NCBI RefSeq assembly: GCF_003334385.1
Contig: NZ_QOWN01000018.1
DNA from: Escherichia coli
GTDB lineage: Bacteria > Pseudomonadota > Gammaproteobacteria > Enterobacterales > Enterobacteriaceae
DNA: 64,000 nt
Strand: one strand, 5' to 3'
Positions 42,288 through 55,759 of this stretch are shown here, in pieces. The notes beneath the pieces are model-generated. The model searched no databases and was not told the origin of the DNA. It saw only the letters and a program-made list of their open reading frames with translations. A program made the translations under genes and the position numbers. The number at the start of each line of letters is the position of its first letter. The stretch's first letter is position 1.

Positions 42288-42309
42288 CCCTGGCTTATGT
42301 GAGGAAGCG

Positions 42310-42852
42310 ATGATTATCTATTTACACGGTTTTGACTCTAACAGTCCGGGTAACCACGAGAAAGTCTTACAATTGCAGTTTATTGACCCGGATGTACGCT
42401 TGATAAGCTACAGTACGCGGCATCCGAAACATGATATGCAGCATCTGCTTAAAGAAGTGGACAAAATGTTGCAACTGAACGTTGACGAGCGTCCGCTAAT
42501 TTGCGGCGTTGGCTTGGGCGGATACTGGGCGGAACGGATTGGTTTTCTTTGCGACATCCGCCAGGTGATCTTCAACCCTAATTTGTTCCCTTATGAGAAC
42601 ATGGAAGGCAAGATTGATCGCCCGGAAGAGTATGCCGATATTGCCACTAAGTGTGTGACCAACTTCCGTGAGAAGAATCGCGATCGTTGCCTGGTGATTT
42701 TGTCGCGTAATGATGAAGCGCTTAACAGCCAGCGGACATCTGAAGAGTTGCATCATTATTACGAGATTGTCTGGGACGAAGAGCAGACGCACAAATTCAA
42801 GAATATCTCCCCGCATTTACAGCGCATTAAAGCGTTCAAAACCCTCGGGTAA
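42310..42852 (+). CDS. ycfP: UPF0227 alpha/beta hydrolase-like protein YcfP
   Basis: ORF 42253-42852; start at [11 protein letters not shown] (180 aa). Confidence 0.9.
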
Positions 42853-42859
42853 ATGCCCT

Positions 42860-42985
42860 CGTCGCATCAGGTAACCTTGCCGGTACCTGATGCGCTCCGA
42901 ATTCTGTGGGTCGGATAAGGCGTCCACGCCGCATCCGACAGTCGAGCATCAATGCCTGATGCGCTTCTTATCAGGCCTACCGAAC
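42860..42985. repeat. BIME (three REP-like units) between ycfP and ndh
   Basis: gcatcaggtaaccttgccggtacctgatgc; gtcggataaggcgtccacgccgcatccgac; gcctgatgcgcttcttatcaggc. Confidence 0.75.
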
Positions 42986-43101
42986 GCCCTGCATACACCC
43001 CTCACTCTATATCACTCTCACAAATTCGCTCAAATAATAAACAATAAACTCTGTTTTTTGATCTCACCCGGTAAAGTCGCCTATCTTTTCAGCAACAAAA
43101 C

Positions 43102-43115
43102 TTGATTAACATCAA
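43102..43115 (+). promoter_or_regulatory. FNR binding site upstream of ndh
   Basis: Perfect TTGAT-N4-ATCAA (ttgattaacatcaa) ~140 bp upstream of ndh start; ndh is a known FNR-repressed gene. Confidence 0.6.
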
Positions 43116-43251
43116 TTTTGGTATGACCAATGCACCATTCATGTTATTCTCAATAGCGAAGAACATTTTCATTGCTGTAACCTGTTGTTAATTAAGAGCT
43201 ATGTTAATAACCATTAATTAACAATTGGTTAATAAATTTAAGGGGGTCACG

Positions 43252-44556
43252 TTGACTACGCCATTGAAAAAGATTGTGATTGTCGGCGGCGGTGCTGGTG
43301 GGCTGGAAATGGCAACACAGCTGGGGCATAAGCTGGGACGCAAGAAAAAAGCCAAAATTACGCTGGTCGATCGTAACCACAGCCACCTGTGGAAACCGCT
43401 GCTGCACGAAGTGGCGACTGGCTCGCTTGATGAAGGCGTCGATGCGTTGAGCTATCTGGCCCATGCGCGCAATCATGGTTTCCAGTTCCAGCTGGGTTCC
43501 GTCATTGATATTGATCGTGAAGCGAAAACAATCACTATTGCAGAACTGCGCGACGAGAAAGGTGAACTGCTGGTTCCGGAACGTAAAATCGCCTATGACA
43601 CCCTGGTAATGGCGCTGGGTAGCACCTCTAACGATTTCAATACGCCAGGTGTCAAAGAGAACTGCATTTTCCTCGATAACCCGCACCAGGCGCGTCGCTT
43701 CCACCAGGAGATGCTGAATTTGTTCCTGAAATACTCCGCCAACCTGGGCGCGAATGGCAAAGTGAACATTGCGATTGTCGGCGGCGGCGCGACGGGTGTA
43801 GAACTCTCCGCTGAATTGCACAACGCGGTCAAGCAACTGCACAGCTACGGTTACAAAGGCCTGACCAACGAAGCCCTGAACGTAACGCTGGTAGAAGCGG
43901 GAGAACGTATTTTGCCTGCGTTACCGCCACGTATCTCTGCTGCGGCCCACAACGAGCTAACGAAACTTGGCGTTCGCGTGCTGACGCAAACCATGGTCAC
44001 CAGTGCTGATGAAGGCGGCCTGCACACTAAAGATGGCGAATATATTGAGGCTGATCTGATGGTATGGGCAGCCGGGATCAAAGCGCCAGACTTCCTGAAA
44101 GATATCGGTGGTCTTGAAACTAACCGTATCAACCAGCTGGTGGTGGAACCGACGCTGCAAACCACCCGCGATCCAGACATTTACGCTATTGGCGACTGCG
44201 CGTCATGCCCGCGTCCGGAAGGGGGCTTTGTTCCGCCGCGTGCTCAGGCTGCACACCAGATGGCGACTTGCGCAATGAACAACATTCTGGCGCAGATGAA
44301 CGGTAAGCCGCTGAAAAATTATCAGTATAAAGATCATGGTTCGCTGGTATCGCTGTCGAACTTCTCCACCGTCGGTAGCCTGATGGGTAACCTGACGCGC
44401 GGCTCAATGATGATTGAAGGACGAATTGCGCGCTTTGTATATATCTCGCTATACCGAATGCATCAGATTGCGCTGCATGGTTACTTTAAAACCGGATTAA
44501 TGATGCTGGTGGGGAGTATTAACCGCGTTATCCGTCCGCGTTTGAAGTTGCATTAA
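43252..44556 (+). CDS. ndh: type II NADH:quinone oxidoreductase (NDH-2)
   Basis: ORF from 43225; likely TTG start at 43252 giving [18 protein letters not shown] (FAD GxGxxG), 434 aa. Confidence 0.94.
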
Positions 44557-44570
44557 TCGACGTACACTGG

Positions 44571-44600
44571 CGGATGTGGCATAAACGCCTCATCCGCCCT
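44571..44600. repeat. REP-like palindromic unit downstream of ndh
   Basis: ggcggatgtggcataaacgcctcatccgcc. Confidence 0.55.
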
Positions 44601-44765
44601 TGAGGAACAGCGCGATCGGCAGCCGCGTTGTATCAGGCATCCTTTCAGACTCCTCCGAATCCTTAAGTATTTCCAGCCATTCCCGCGCTTTTCATCTTCT
44701 GTCTGATAGCTGCTTTTCTCCTTCGCTTGCATGATTGGCATAACTGCAAAGAAGGAGGTGTTCCC

Positions 44766-45305
44766 GTGAATAAATCAATGTTGGCGGGTATCGGGATTGG
44801 TGTCGCAGCTGCGCTGGGCGTAGCGGCAGTGGCCAGTCTGAACGTGTTTGAACGGGGCCCGCAATACGCTCAGGTTGTTTCTGCAACCCCAATCAAGGAA
44901 ACGGTTAAAACACCGCGTCAGGAGTGTCGCAACGTCACAGTGACCCATCGTCGACCGGTGCAGGATGAAAATCGCATTACCGGGTCGGTGCTCGGCGCTG
45001 TTGCTGGCGGCGTGATAGGGCATCAGTTTGGTGGTGGTCGCGGTAAAGATGTCGCCACTGTTGTGGGGGCGCTGGGTGGTGGATATGCCGGTAACCAGAT
45101 CCAGGGCTCTCTCCAGGAAAGCGATACTTACACGACTACGCAACAGCGTTGTAAAACGGTGTATGACAAGTCAGAAAAAATGCTCGGTTATGATGTGACC
45201 TATAAGATTGGCGATCAGCAGGGCAAAATCCGCATGGACCGCGATCCGGGTACGCAGATCCCGCTAGATAGCAACGGGCAACTGATTTTGAATAACAAAG
45301 TATAA
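44766..45305 (+). CDS. ycfJ: glycine-zipper (17 kDa surface antigen-like) protein YcfJ
   Basis: ORF from 44727; GTG start at 44766 (VNKSMLAGIGIGVAAALG), 179 aa, GxxxG-rich segment. Confidence 0.88.
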   Translation: MNKSMLAGIGIGVAAALGVAAVASLNVFERGPQYAQVVSATPIKETVKTPRQECRNVTVTHRRPVQDENRITGSVLGAVAGGVIGHQFGGGRGKDVATVVGALGGGYAGNQIQGSLQESDTYTTTQQRCKTVYDKSEKMLGYDVTYKIGDQQGKIRMDRDPGTQIPLDSNGQLILNNKV

Positions 45306-45327
45306 CAAGGCTGTACTCTGCAATTTG

Positions 45328-45362
45328 GCCCCTCATTCGCTCAGGCTGAGGGGCTTTTTTTG
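45328..45362 (+). terminator. intrinsic terminator after ycfJ
   Basis: gcccctca-(loop)-tgaggggc hairpin followed by ttttttt. Confidence 0.75.
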
Positions 45363-45366
45363 CGAC

Positions 45367-45999
45367 TTATTTCACCAGTTCGGGCCATAAACGCAAAGTC
45401 GTTCCGGCAATCTGCATCAGTTTTTCCAGCGATGCACCTTCGCGTGCGCTGATCGACATCCCCTGAATAATACAATTAAGGAATTCTGCCAGATGTGTCA
45501 CGTCACAGTGGGGCGGGATTTCCCCGCGCGCTTGTCGTTGACATAAAAACTGCTGCAAAGTGCGCTCTTGCATCGCATGGCGTGATTTCAACGTATTGGC
45601 GATATCTCCTGAATCTGGGGAGAGGGTGGTGCAGTTGTTGATCATGAAGCAGCCTGCCGGGGTGTCTTTGCTGGTAAAGCAGTTGGCGATGGCAGCAAAA
45701 TAGTCAGCCAGCGCAGACTCCACGCTTTTCTCTTCACAAAACAGCTGTGCTTCATGCTTAGCGGCAAAACGATCGATATAGCGGTCGAGAACGGCACGAA
45801 ATAACCCCTCTTTGTTGGTAAATTCCGCGTATAGCGTGGGCGCTTTGGCTCCGGTCGCTTCGACGAGGTCCGCAAGAGAAGTCGCTTCATAACCGTGTTG
45901 CCAGAACAATTTCATGGCCTTATCAAGCGCGGCATCCCTGTCGAACACTTTTGGGCGGCCACGGCTTTTTTTTACACATTGTGTTGAGTCAGTTGCCAT
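45367..45999 (-). CDS. comR: TetR-family copper-responsive repressor ComR (YcfQ)
   Basis: ORF 45367-46077; start at MATDSTQCVKKSRGRPKVFDRDAALDKAMKLFWQHGYEATSL (TetR HTH), 210 aa. Confidence 0.9.
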   Translation of the reverse strand: MATDSTQCVKKSRGRPKVFDRDAALDKAMKLFWQHGYEATSLADLVEATGAKAPTLYAEFTNKEGLFRAVLDRYIDRFAAKHEAQLFCEEKSVESALADYFAAIANCFTSKDTPAGCFMINNCTTLSPDSGDIANTLKSRHAMQERTLQQFLCQRQARGEIPPHCDVTHLAEFLNCIIQGMSISAREGASLEKLMQIAGTTLRLWPELVK

Positions 46000-46154
46000 G
46001 ATGCCGTTGTACCTGGTGACTGTGAATGAAAGGTTATTATAAAAATAATCACCTCCGTTCACCAGTCCAGATCCCATAAAAATAATTGCTTTCTATTTAA
46101 CTGAAATTTAAAGATTTTTAAATTAATTAATGATTGTTATAAAAAATATCTTGT

Positions 46155-46172
46155 ATGTGATCCAGATCACAT
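46155..46172. promoter_or_regulatory. perfect 18-bp palindrome ATGTGATCcaGATCACAT in comR-bhsA divergent promoter region (candidate ComR operator and/or CRP-type site)
   Basis: Exact inverted repeat; TGTGA-N6-TCACA core matches the CRP consensus half-sites; lies between the divergent TetR-family repressor gene comR and its known target bhsA. Confidence 0.45.
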
Positions 46173-46239
46173 CTATCATTTAGTTATCGATCGTTAAGTA
46201 ATTGCTTGCGACGTCATTCATCTGCATAAGGCCACTATT

Positions 46240-46497
46240 ATGAAAAACGTAAAAACCCTCATCGCTGCGGCGATTTTAAGCTCCATGTCATTTGCCAGCT
46301 TTGCGGCTGTCGAAGTTCAGTCAACGCCAGAAGGCCAACAAAAAGTCGGTACAATCAGTGCTAACGCGGGGACAAATCTGGGATCGCTGGAAGAGCAGCT
46401 GGCGCAAAAAGCGGATGAGATGGGCGCAAAATCTTTCCGTATTACTTCTGTAACCGGTCCGAATACCCTCCATGGAACAGCAGTAATTTATAAATAA
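46240..46497 (+). CDS. bhsA: YhcN-family stress/biofilm outer membrane protein BhsA (YcfR/ComC)
   Basis: 85 aa ORF with signal peptide MKNVKTLIAAAILSSMSFASFA; divergent from comR. Confidence 0.92.
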   Translation: MKNVKTLIAAAILSSMSFASFAAVEVQSTPEGQQKVGTISANAGTNLGSLEEQLAQKADEMGAKSFRITSVTGPNTLHGTAVIYK

Positions 46498-46536
46498 GCA
46501 TTAACCCTCATTAATGCCTGCTACTGCTGATTTTTT

Positions 46537-46570
46537 CCCCGCGACATGCCGTGTCGCGGGGATTTTTTTA
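46537..46570 (+). terminator. intrinsic terminator after bhsA
   Basis: ccccgcgaca-tgcc-gtgtcgcgggg hairpin followed by atttttttat. Confidence 0.8.
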
Positions 46571-46578
46571 TCCGGGCT

Positions 46579-47544
46579 TTACAGCGTTTGTGGGCTCACT
46601 TGATGACGGCGGACATCCACCGGCATCCCGGAACGGACATCCATCACATGTTGCATCACTTCAGCGTCAGTTTGTGCTGCATCTTTAAATGATTGCATTG
46701 CGCTATTCAGCGTAATTGGCAGCAGCTGCGGATCGTCATCAATCTTCTCTGACAGCGGCTGATGTACTTCAACCAGACGCGCACCGTTTGGTTCGGCAGA
46801 GACTTTTATCGGAGTGTTGATGATATTCACTTTGGTGCCTGGGGTGACCTGGCTAAAGAGTGTTTTGATATCGTCATCCCGCAGACGAATACAGCCAGAA
46901 CTTACCCGCATGCCAATGCCGAAATCGGCGTTCGTACCATGAAGCAAATAAACGCCGCCATAGGCCGCCAGACGAATCGCATGATGGCCCATTGGGTTAT
47001 CCGGTCCAGCCGGCACTACCGCAGGCAACTCAATTCCCTGTGCTTTATAACGGGCGCGGATGTTTGCCGTTGGCGTCCAGGTTGGGTTTGCACGTTTGTC
47101 TGAAACGGTGGTCACCATTGTCGGTGTCAGCGTGTCACCACCTAACTGACCAATACCTATTGGATACACGGTTACCGAATTTTTACCCGGCGGGTAGTAA
47201 TAGAGACGCAGCTCCGCAATGTTGATCACAATGCCTTCGCGCGGCGCATCTGGAAGTAGGGTTTGCAACGGGATCGTTAACACGCTGCCCGCGCGCGGTA
47301 CGTAAGGATCAACGCCGGGGTTAGCCTGTAACAGAGCGAGAAAGCCGACGTTGTATTTTTTGGCGATGGCTTCCAGAGAACCACCGTCATTTTCCACCAC
47401 ATGAAATTTGTTTTCGCCAACCAGACGACTGCCCGCTGGCGGCAGCGGCCAGGTGTTGGCTTTTGCCGGTAGCGCCAGCGCCACGGCAGCGGCGAACGTA
47501 AAAAACGTTAGCCAGCGAGAAAAACGCGTTTTGATCATCACCAA
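46579..47544 (-). CDS. ldtC: L,D-transpeptidase LdtC (YcfS)
   Basis: 321 aa ORF with signal peptide and L,D-transpeptidase active-site motif HGT...SSGCIRL; true start may be GTG at 47541. Confidence 0.92.
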   Translation of the reverse strand: MVMIKTRFSRWLTFFTFAAAVALALPAKANTWPLPPAGSRLVGENKFHVVENDGGSLEAIAKKYNVGFLALLQANPGVDPYVPRAGSVLTIPLQTLLPDAPREGIVINIAELRLYYYPPGKNSVTVYPIGIGQLGGDTLTPTMVTTVSDKRANPTWTPTANIRARYKAQGIELPAVVPAGPDNPMGHHAIRLAAYGGVYLLHGTNADFGIGMRVSSGCIRLRDDDIKTLFSQVTPGTKVNIINTPIKVSAEPNGARLVEVHQPLSEKIDDDPQLLPITLNSAMQSFKDAAQTDAEVMQHVMDVRSGMPVDVRRHQVSPQTL

Positions 47545-47684
47545 AAATCCATAATAAATATAAGGTTATTGTAATAAACAGATAAGCCTGAATTATGGAT
47601 GGTGACAGTGTCGGATAGTGCAGGGAAGTGCAAAGAATTTGTAAATGTTGCAGATGGGGGCGCAGAAACGCCCCCGATTTACCA

Positions 47685-50600
47685 TTAAGCGATCGCGTTC
47701 TCTTCCAGTTCACGCATAAACTGGCGTACCCATTCGATACGCGTTTTCCGCTCACTCAAATCCTGAATAAATTTCAGGCGCGTCGGACCATCAAGGCGGT
47801 AATGCTGCGGCTGTTTTTGCAGCAAACCAATCAACCAGGCCGGATTAACGTGATTCTTCTCGGCAAATTCGATCACCCCGCCTTTCTCATTACCTTCCAG
47901 CTTCCTGATCCCCAGTTTCTGCGCTTGCTGGCGCAGACGGGCAATATCCAGCAGGGTACGCGCCGGATCTGGCAGCAGGCCGAAGCGATCGATAAGCTCG
48001 ACTTTGATCTCTTCCAGTTCGTTTTCCGTTTTGGCGCTGGCAATACGTTTGTAGAACGACAGACGCGTGTTCACGTCAGGGATGAAATCATCTGGCAATA
48101 GCGACGGCATCCGCAGCTCGACTTCTGTTTGCTGGCTGGTGAGATCTTCCAGCGACGGCTCGCGTCCGGCTTTCAGTGCATCGACGGCGTTTTCCAGCAA
48201 CTCCATATACAGCGAGAAACCGATGGTTTCCATTGAGCCGCTTTGTTCTTCGCCAAGCAGTTCACCCGCGCCGCGAATCTCCAGATCGTGCGTTGCCAGC
48301 GCAAAACCTGCCCCGAGATCTTCCAGCGAGGCAATTGCTTCAAGACGTTTTTGTGCATCGGTAGTCATCGCTTTTGGATGCGGTGTCAGCAACCATGCAT
48401 ATGCCTGATGATGCGAACGTCCGACGCGACCGCGTAACTGGTGCAGCTGCGCCAGACCGAAGTGATCCGCGCGTTCAATGATAATAGTGTTGGCTGTCGG
48501 GATGTCGATCCCGGTTTCGATAATGGTTGTACAAACCAGCACGTTGAAACGTTGATGATGGAAATCATTCATCACCCGTTCCAGTTCGCGCTCGCGCATC
48601 TGCCCGTGACCGATGGCGATCCGCGCTTCTGGCACCAGTTCTGCCAGCCGTTCGGCGGCTTTCTGAATGTTTTCCACATCATTGTAGAGATAATAAACCT
48701 GTCCTCCGCGCAAAATTTCACGCAGGATCGCCTCCCGGACCACCATGCTGTCATACTCACGGACAAAGGTTTTAACTGCCAGACGACGGGCGGGCGGCGT
48801 GGCGATAATCGACAGGTCACGCATTCCGCTCATTGCCATATTCAGCGTACGTGGGATCGGCGTTGCAGTAAGCGTCAGAATATCCACGTTCGCGCGCATC
48901 GCTTTAATGCGCTCTTTATGACGCACCCCGAAGCGGTGTTCTTCATCGACAATCAGCAGGCCTAAATCTTTAAACTTGACGTCACTTTGCAGCAGTTTGT
49001 GCGTACCGATCAGAATATCGATTTTCCCTTCCGCCACTTCCGCAAGGATTTGCGTCTGCTCTTTGGCGCTGCGGAAACGGGAGATCATTTCGATACGTAC
49101 CGGCCAGTTGGCGAAACGGTCGCGGAAGTTGTCGTAATGCTGCTGCGCGAGAAGGGTGGTAGGCACCAGCACCGCCACCTGCTTGTGGTTATCTACTGCC
49201 AGGAAAGCTGCGCGCATCGCCACTTCTGTTTTACCAAAGCCAACATCGCCGCACACCAGACGATCCATTGCCAGCGGCTGACACATGTCGCTAAGTACCG
49301 CATTAATGGCCTGCGCCTGATCCGGCGTGGTTTCAAACGGGAAGCTGTCGCAGAACAACTGATACTGCTCACGATCGTGTTTAAACGCGAAGCCCTCTTT
49401 GGCGGCGCGTTGCGCGTAGATATCCAGCAATTCCGCCGCCACATCACGCACTTTTTCCGCCGCTTTCTGCCGCGCGCGTGACCACGCATCGCCGCCAAGT
49501 TTATGCAGCGGGGCGTTTTCTTCCGCGCCACCTGCGTAACGGCTAATCAGATGCAGTGACGACACCGGAACATACAGTTTGGCGTCGTTGGCATAGGTGA
49601 GCATCAGATACTCGCCAGTAATGCCACCCGCTTCCAGCGTGGTCATTCCGGCATAACGACCGACGCCGTGCTCCAGATGGACCACCGGCTGACCAATATG
49701 CAGTTCCGCAAGGTTACGGATCAGTGTATCGGGGTTGATGGTGCGGCGAGAATCCTGACGACGACGGGCAACGCGTTCACCGAGCAGATCGCTTTCGCAA
49801 ATCAGCGCCAGATTACGCACCGTATCGACAAAACCATGTTCGGCAGCGCCAATCATCAGATAACGCCCACGGTCGCTGGCTTCATCAAGACGCATAATGC
49901 GTTGCGGAGCAATTTTAATTCGTGCGAGCAGTTCACCCAGCGCTTCACGGCGACCTTCACTTTCTACCGAGAACACCACCGGACCGTCGAAAGTCTCGAG
50001 GAACTTACGCAGCGCATCCAGCGGCGCTTTTTGTTGTGCCTGAACGGCCAGGTCTGGCAGTTTCTGGAAACCTAAATTGGCATTCGCGGCTTTTGTCGGT
50101 AAATGTTCAGTTTTTAGCTGCACCCGGGGCCAGTTTTTCAGCTCTGAGAAGAGCTCGTCCACCCGCAGCCAGAGCGATTGTGGTGGCAACAGCGGGCGCA
50201 TCGGATCGACGCCGCGATTCTCAAAACGCGCCAGCGTGTCAGCCTGGAAACGTTCGGCACTGGTTTCCAGATCGCCAGTATTCACGAGCAAGGTATTGGC
50301 AGGGAAATAACTGAACAGCGGCGGCAGTGGTTCGCTGAAGAACAATGGCTGCCAGTACTCGATCCCGGCAGGTAATGTGCCTTTACTCACTTGCTGGTAA
50401 ATATGTTCTGGATCGCGCTTCACTTCGAAGGTATCGCGCCACTGGCTGCGGAACAGTTCAATTGCCGCTTTATCGGTCGGAAATTCGTGCGCGGGCAGCA
50501 GATTGATCGCTTCTACTTCCTCCAGCGTGCGCTGGCTGTCGACGTCAAACACCCGCAGGCTGTCGATTTCATCATCAAAGAAATCAAGACGATAAGGCAG

Positions 50601-51131
50601 CTCACTCCCCATCGGGAAGAGATCCAGCAACGCGCCGCGCGTGGCGTATTCGCCGTGCTCCATCACCTGGTCAACATGGCGATAACCGGCGCTGTCCAGT
50701 TGGGTTCGTAATGCATCTCGTGACAGGCGCTGACCTTTTTTCATCACCAGCGCATGACCGTGGAGAAAACTGTGTGGGCAAACGCGCTGCATAAGCGTAT
50801 TCACCGGAACAATCAGTACGCCACGCTGCATCGTCGGTAGCTGGTAAAGGGTGGAAAGGCGCGAGGAGATAATGTCCTGATGAGGCGAAAAACTGTCGTA
50901 GGGAAGAGTTTCCCAGTCCGCCAGATTCATCACCATTTGATCGGTAAACTGGCTGATTTCATCATGCAAACGCAGAGCATTTTGCATATCTGGTGCAATG
51001 AGTACCACCGGACCGGCGTGACGTTCGGCAATTTCCGCTACCAGCGTTGCACAGGCTGCGCCGGTTAACTCGCCCAGCAGACGCTGCTCACCCGCTTTGA
51101 CGGGCAGCGTATAACGATATTGTTCAGGCAT
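47685..51131 (-). CDS. mfd: transcription-repair coupling factor Mfd
   Basis: ORF 47685-51194; start at MPEQYRYTLPVKAGEQRLLG (1148 aa); Walker A GDVGFGKTEV and DEEHRFG helicase motifs. Confidence 0.96.
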   Translation of the reverse strand: MPEQYRYTLPVKAGEQRLLGELTGAACATLVAEIAERHAGPVVLIAPDMQNALRLHDEISQFTDQMVMNLADWETLPYDSFSPHQDIISSRLSTLYQLPTMQRGVLIVPVNTLMQRVCPHSFLHGHALVMKKGQRLSRDALRTQLDSAGYRHVDQVMEHGEYATRGALLDLFPMGSELPYRLDFFDDEIDSLRVFDVDSQRTLEEVEAINLLPAHEFPTDKAAIELFRSQWRDTFEVKRDPEHIYQQVSKGTLPAGIEYWQPLFFSEPLPPLFSYFPANTLLVNTGDLETSAERFQADTLARFENRGVDPMRPLLPPQSLWLRVDELFSELKNWPRVQLKTEHLPTKAANANLGFQKLPDLAVQAQQKAPLDALRKFLETFDGPVVFSVESEGRREALGELLARIKIAPQRIMRLDEASDRGRYLMIGAAEHGFVDTVRNLALICESDLLGERVARRRQDSRRTINPDTLIRNLAELHIGQPVVHLEHGVGRYAGMTTLEAGGITGEYLMLTYANDAKLYVPVSSLHLISRYAGGAEENAPLHKLGGDAWSRARQKAAEKVRDVAAELLDIYAQRAAKEGFAFKHDREQYQLFCDSFPFETTPDQAQAINAVLSDMCQPLAMDRLVCGDVGFGKTEVAMRAAFLAVDNHKQVAVLVPTTLLAQQHYDNFRDRFANWPVRIEMISRFRSAKEQTQILAEVAEGKIDILIGTHKLLQSDVKFKDLGLLIVDEEHRFGVRHKERIKAMRANVDILTLTATPIPRTLNMAMSGMRDLSIIATPPARRLAVKTFVREYDSMVVREAILREILRGGQVYYLYNDVENIQKAAERLAELVPEARIAIGHGQMRERELERVMNDFHHQRFNVLVCTTIIETGIDIPTANTIIIERADHFGLAQLHQLRGRVGRSHHQAYAWLLTPHPKAMTTDAQKRLEAIASLEDLGAGFALATHDLEIRGAGELLGEEQSGSMETIGFSLYMELLENAVDALKAGREPSLEDLTSQQTEVELRMPSLLPDDFIPDVNTRLSFYKRIASAKTENELEEIKVELIDRFGLLPDPARTLLDIARLRQQAQKLGIRKLEGNEKGGVIEFAEKNHVNPAWLIGLLQKQPQHYRLDGPTRLKFIQDLSERKTRIEWVRQFMRELEENAIA

Positions 51132-51258
51132 AACGGTTGTCAGATTCTCGTTAGGATATGCCTCAACATATGGGGGCATATCTCTGATAAGCAATGCTGT
51201 TCATTATCCGTAATCGACATGGTTTAGCAAATTGAATCGCCCCGGCTGGGGCGATGGC

Positions 51259-52332
51259 TTAGCGGGAGTAACTGACGGCAGCGGGCAGTGAAGGCGGGGA
51301 GAACAACAGATCGCTGAATGCACGCTGTGAAAGTTTTCTTACCAGCAAGCCCGCAACAGTACAGATGAACAAACTGACAAAGGGATAAACCAGCAGGAGT
51401 GTCAGTTCGACTTGCGGCGACCAGCGTGCTGCGTTCATTTGCGCAAGCAGAGTTAAGCTGAATATTTCAACCAGAATGCGATGGGTGGTGTAGATAGCAA
51501 TGGTGTTGGAGCCAATCACATTCAGCAGGCTGGTGGAGCGCATACCGAATCGTTGCTCGTATTGATAAAACAGCTTCATGATCACCACAATCGATACCAG
51601 CGACAACAGCAGCGAGATAGTAAACAACCAGGCACCGACCGCCAGAACGGTAAGCAAAGAAGCCATCAGCAGATGGCGGCGCAACGGCACCTCTTTAACA
51701 CAGGTCATTATTGTTGCGCCAAACCATGCGCCAAGGCTGTAATAAGGCAAATTGCGGATCACACTGTTCATTCCCCACCACGGCGTGGGAACGAAATTAA
51801 CCGCCACACTCAGCAGTACAAACAAGGCGAATAGTGGCAGCGCCAGACGGCTAAAAATTTTACATACCACGAAATAGACAATTAACGCATACAGATACCA
51901 CAAGCTGGTGCTGGCGGTGATCATCCCGTGCAGGAACTCACCGGTGGAATCGGCATAAGCGGCATTGGAGGCATTGCTTAAATCGCGCTCAGGTGCCAGC
52001 CACTGGTTCAGCGCACTTAACGCCAGCCACTGCACCACGCCCCAAAGCGCCAGCACCCAGAAGATGTTCCAGATCCGTTTATCGAGACAATTTCCCCACG
52101 GTACGCTGTCGATATAGCGGCGAATCAAATAGCCGGATATAAAGAAAAAAACCGGCATACGAAAGGGGGCAAGGTAAAGATTGAAATAGATCCAGCATTT
52201 GCTCAGGACTTCCGATAACGGATGCTGAAAAGTGGTCAGATGCGGATAAAAGGTAATGACCGAGTGATAAATCACCACCAGACAAATACATAACCCTTTG
52301 ATCTGGTTAATCCATAGCTCTTTTTGTTTCAT
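51259..52332 (-). CDS. ycfT: acyltransferase-3 family inner membrane protein YcfT
   Basis: 357 aa polytopic membrane ORF MKQKELWINQIKGLCICLVVIYHS... Confidence 0.9.
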   Translation of the reverse strand: MKQKELWINQIKGLCICLVVIYHSVITFYPHLTTFQHPLSEVLSKCWIYFNLYLAPFRMPVFFFISGYLIRRYIDSVPWGNCLDKRIWNIFWVLALWGVVQWLALSALNQWLAPERDLSNASNAAYADSTGEFLHGMITASTSLWYLYALIVYFVVCKIFSRLALPLFALFVLLSVAVNFVPTPWWGMNSVIRNLPYYSLGAWFGATIMTCVKEVPLRRHLLMASLLTVLAVGAWLFTISLLLSLVSIVVIMKLFYQYEQRFGMRSTSLLNVIGSNTIAIYTTHRILVEIFSLTLLAQMNAARWSPQVELTLLLVYPFVSLFICTVAGLLVRKLSQRAFSDLLFSPPSLPAAVSYSR

Positions 52333-52482
52333 CAGGACAACACGCTCTTTTTTAATTTACATGCGGTTGATCCTGCGGGTTATGACCCGAGGTGTAATGG
52401 GTATCTGTCTGTATTGGATGATTTTTCAGATTAAGATCAGGCGGCAAGATTGATGATAAAACATGGCAATTTAGCCGATTGA

Positions 52483-55731
<3,249 letters not shown>

Positions 55732-55759
55732 AGGCAGTACATTAAAACAAGGAGCGGCA

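Noticed and set aside
43204-43842. 212-aa minus-strand ORF
   Set aside because: Antisense to ndh; spurious.
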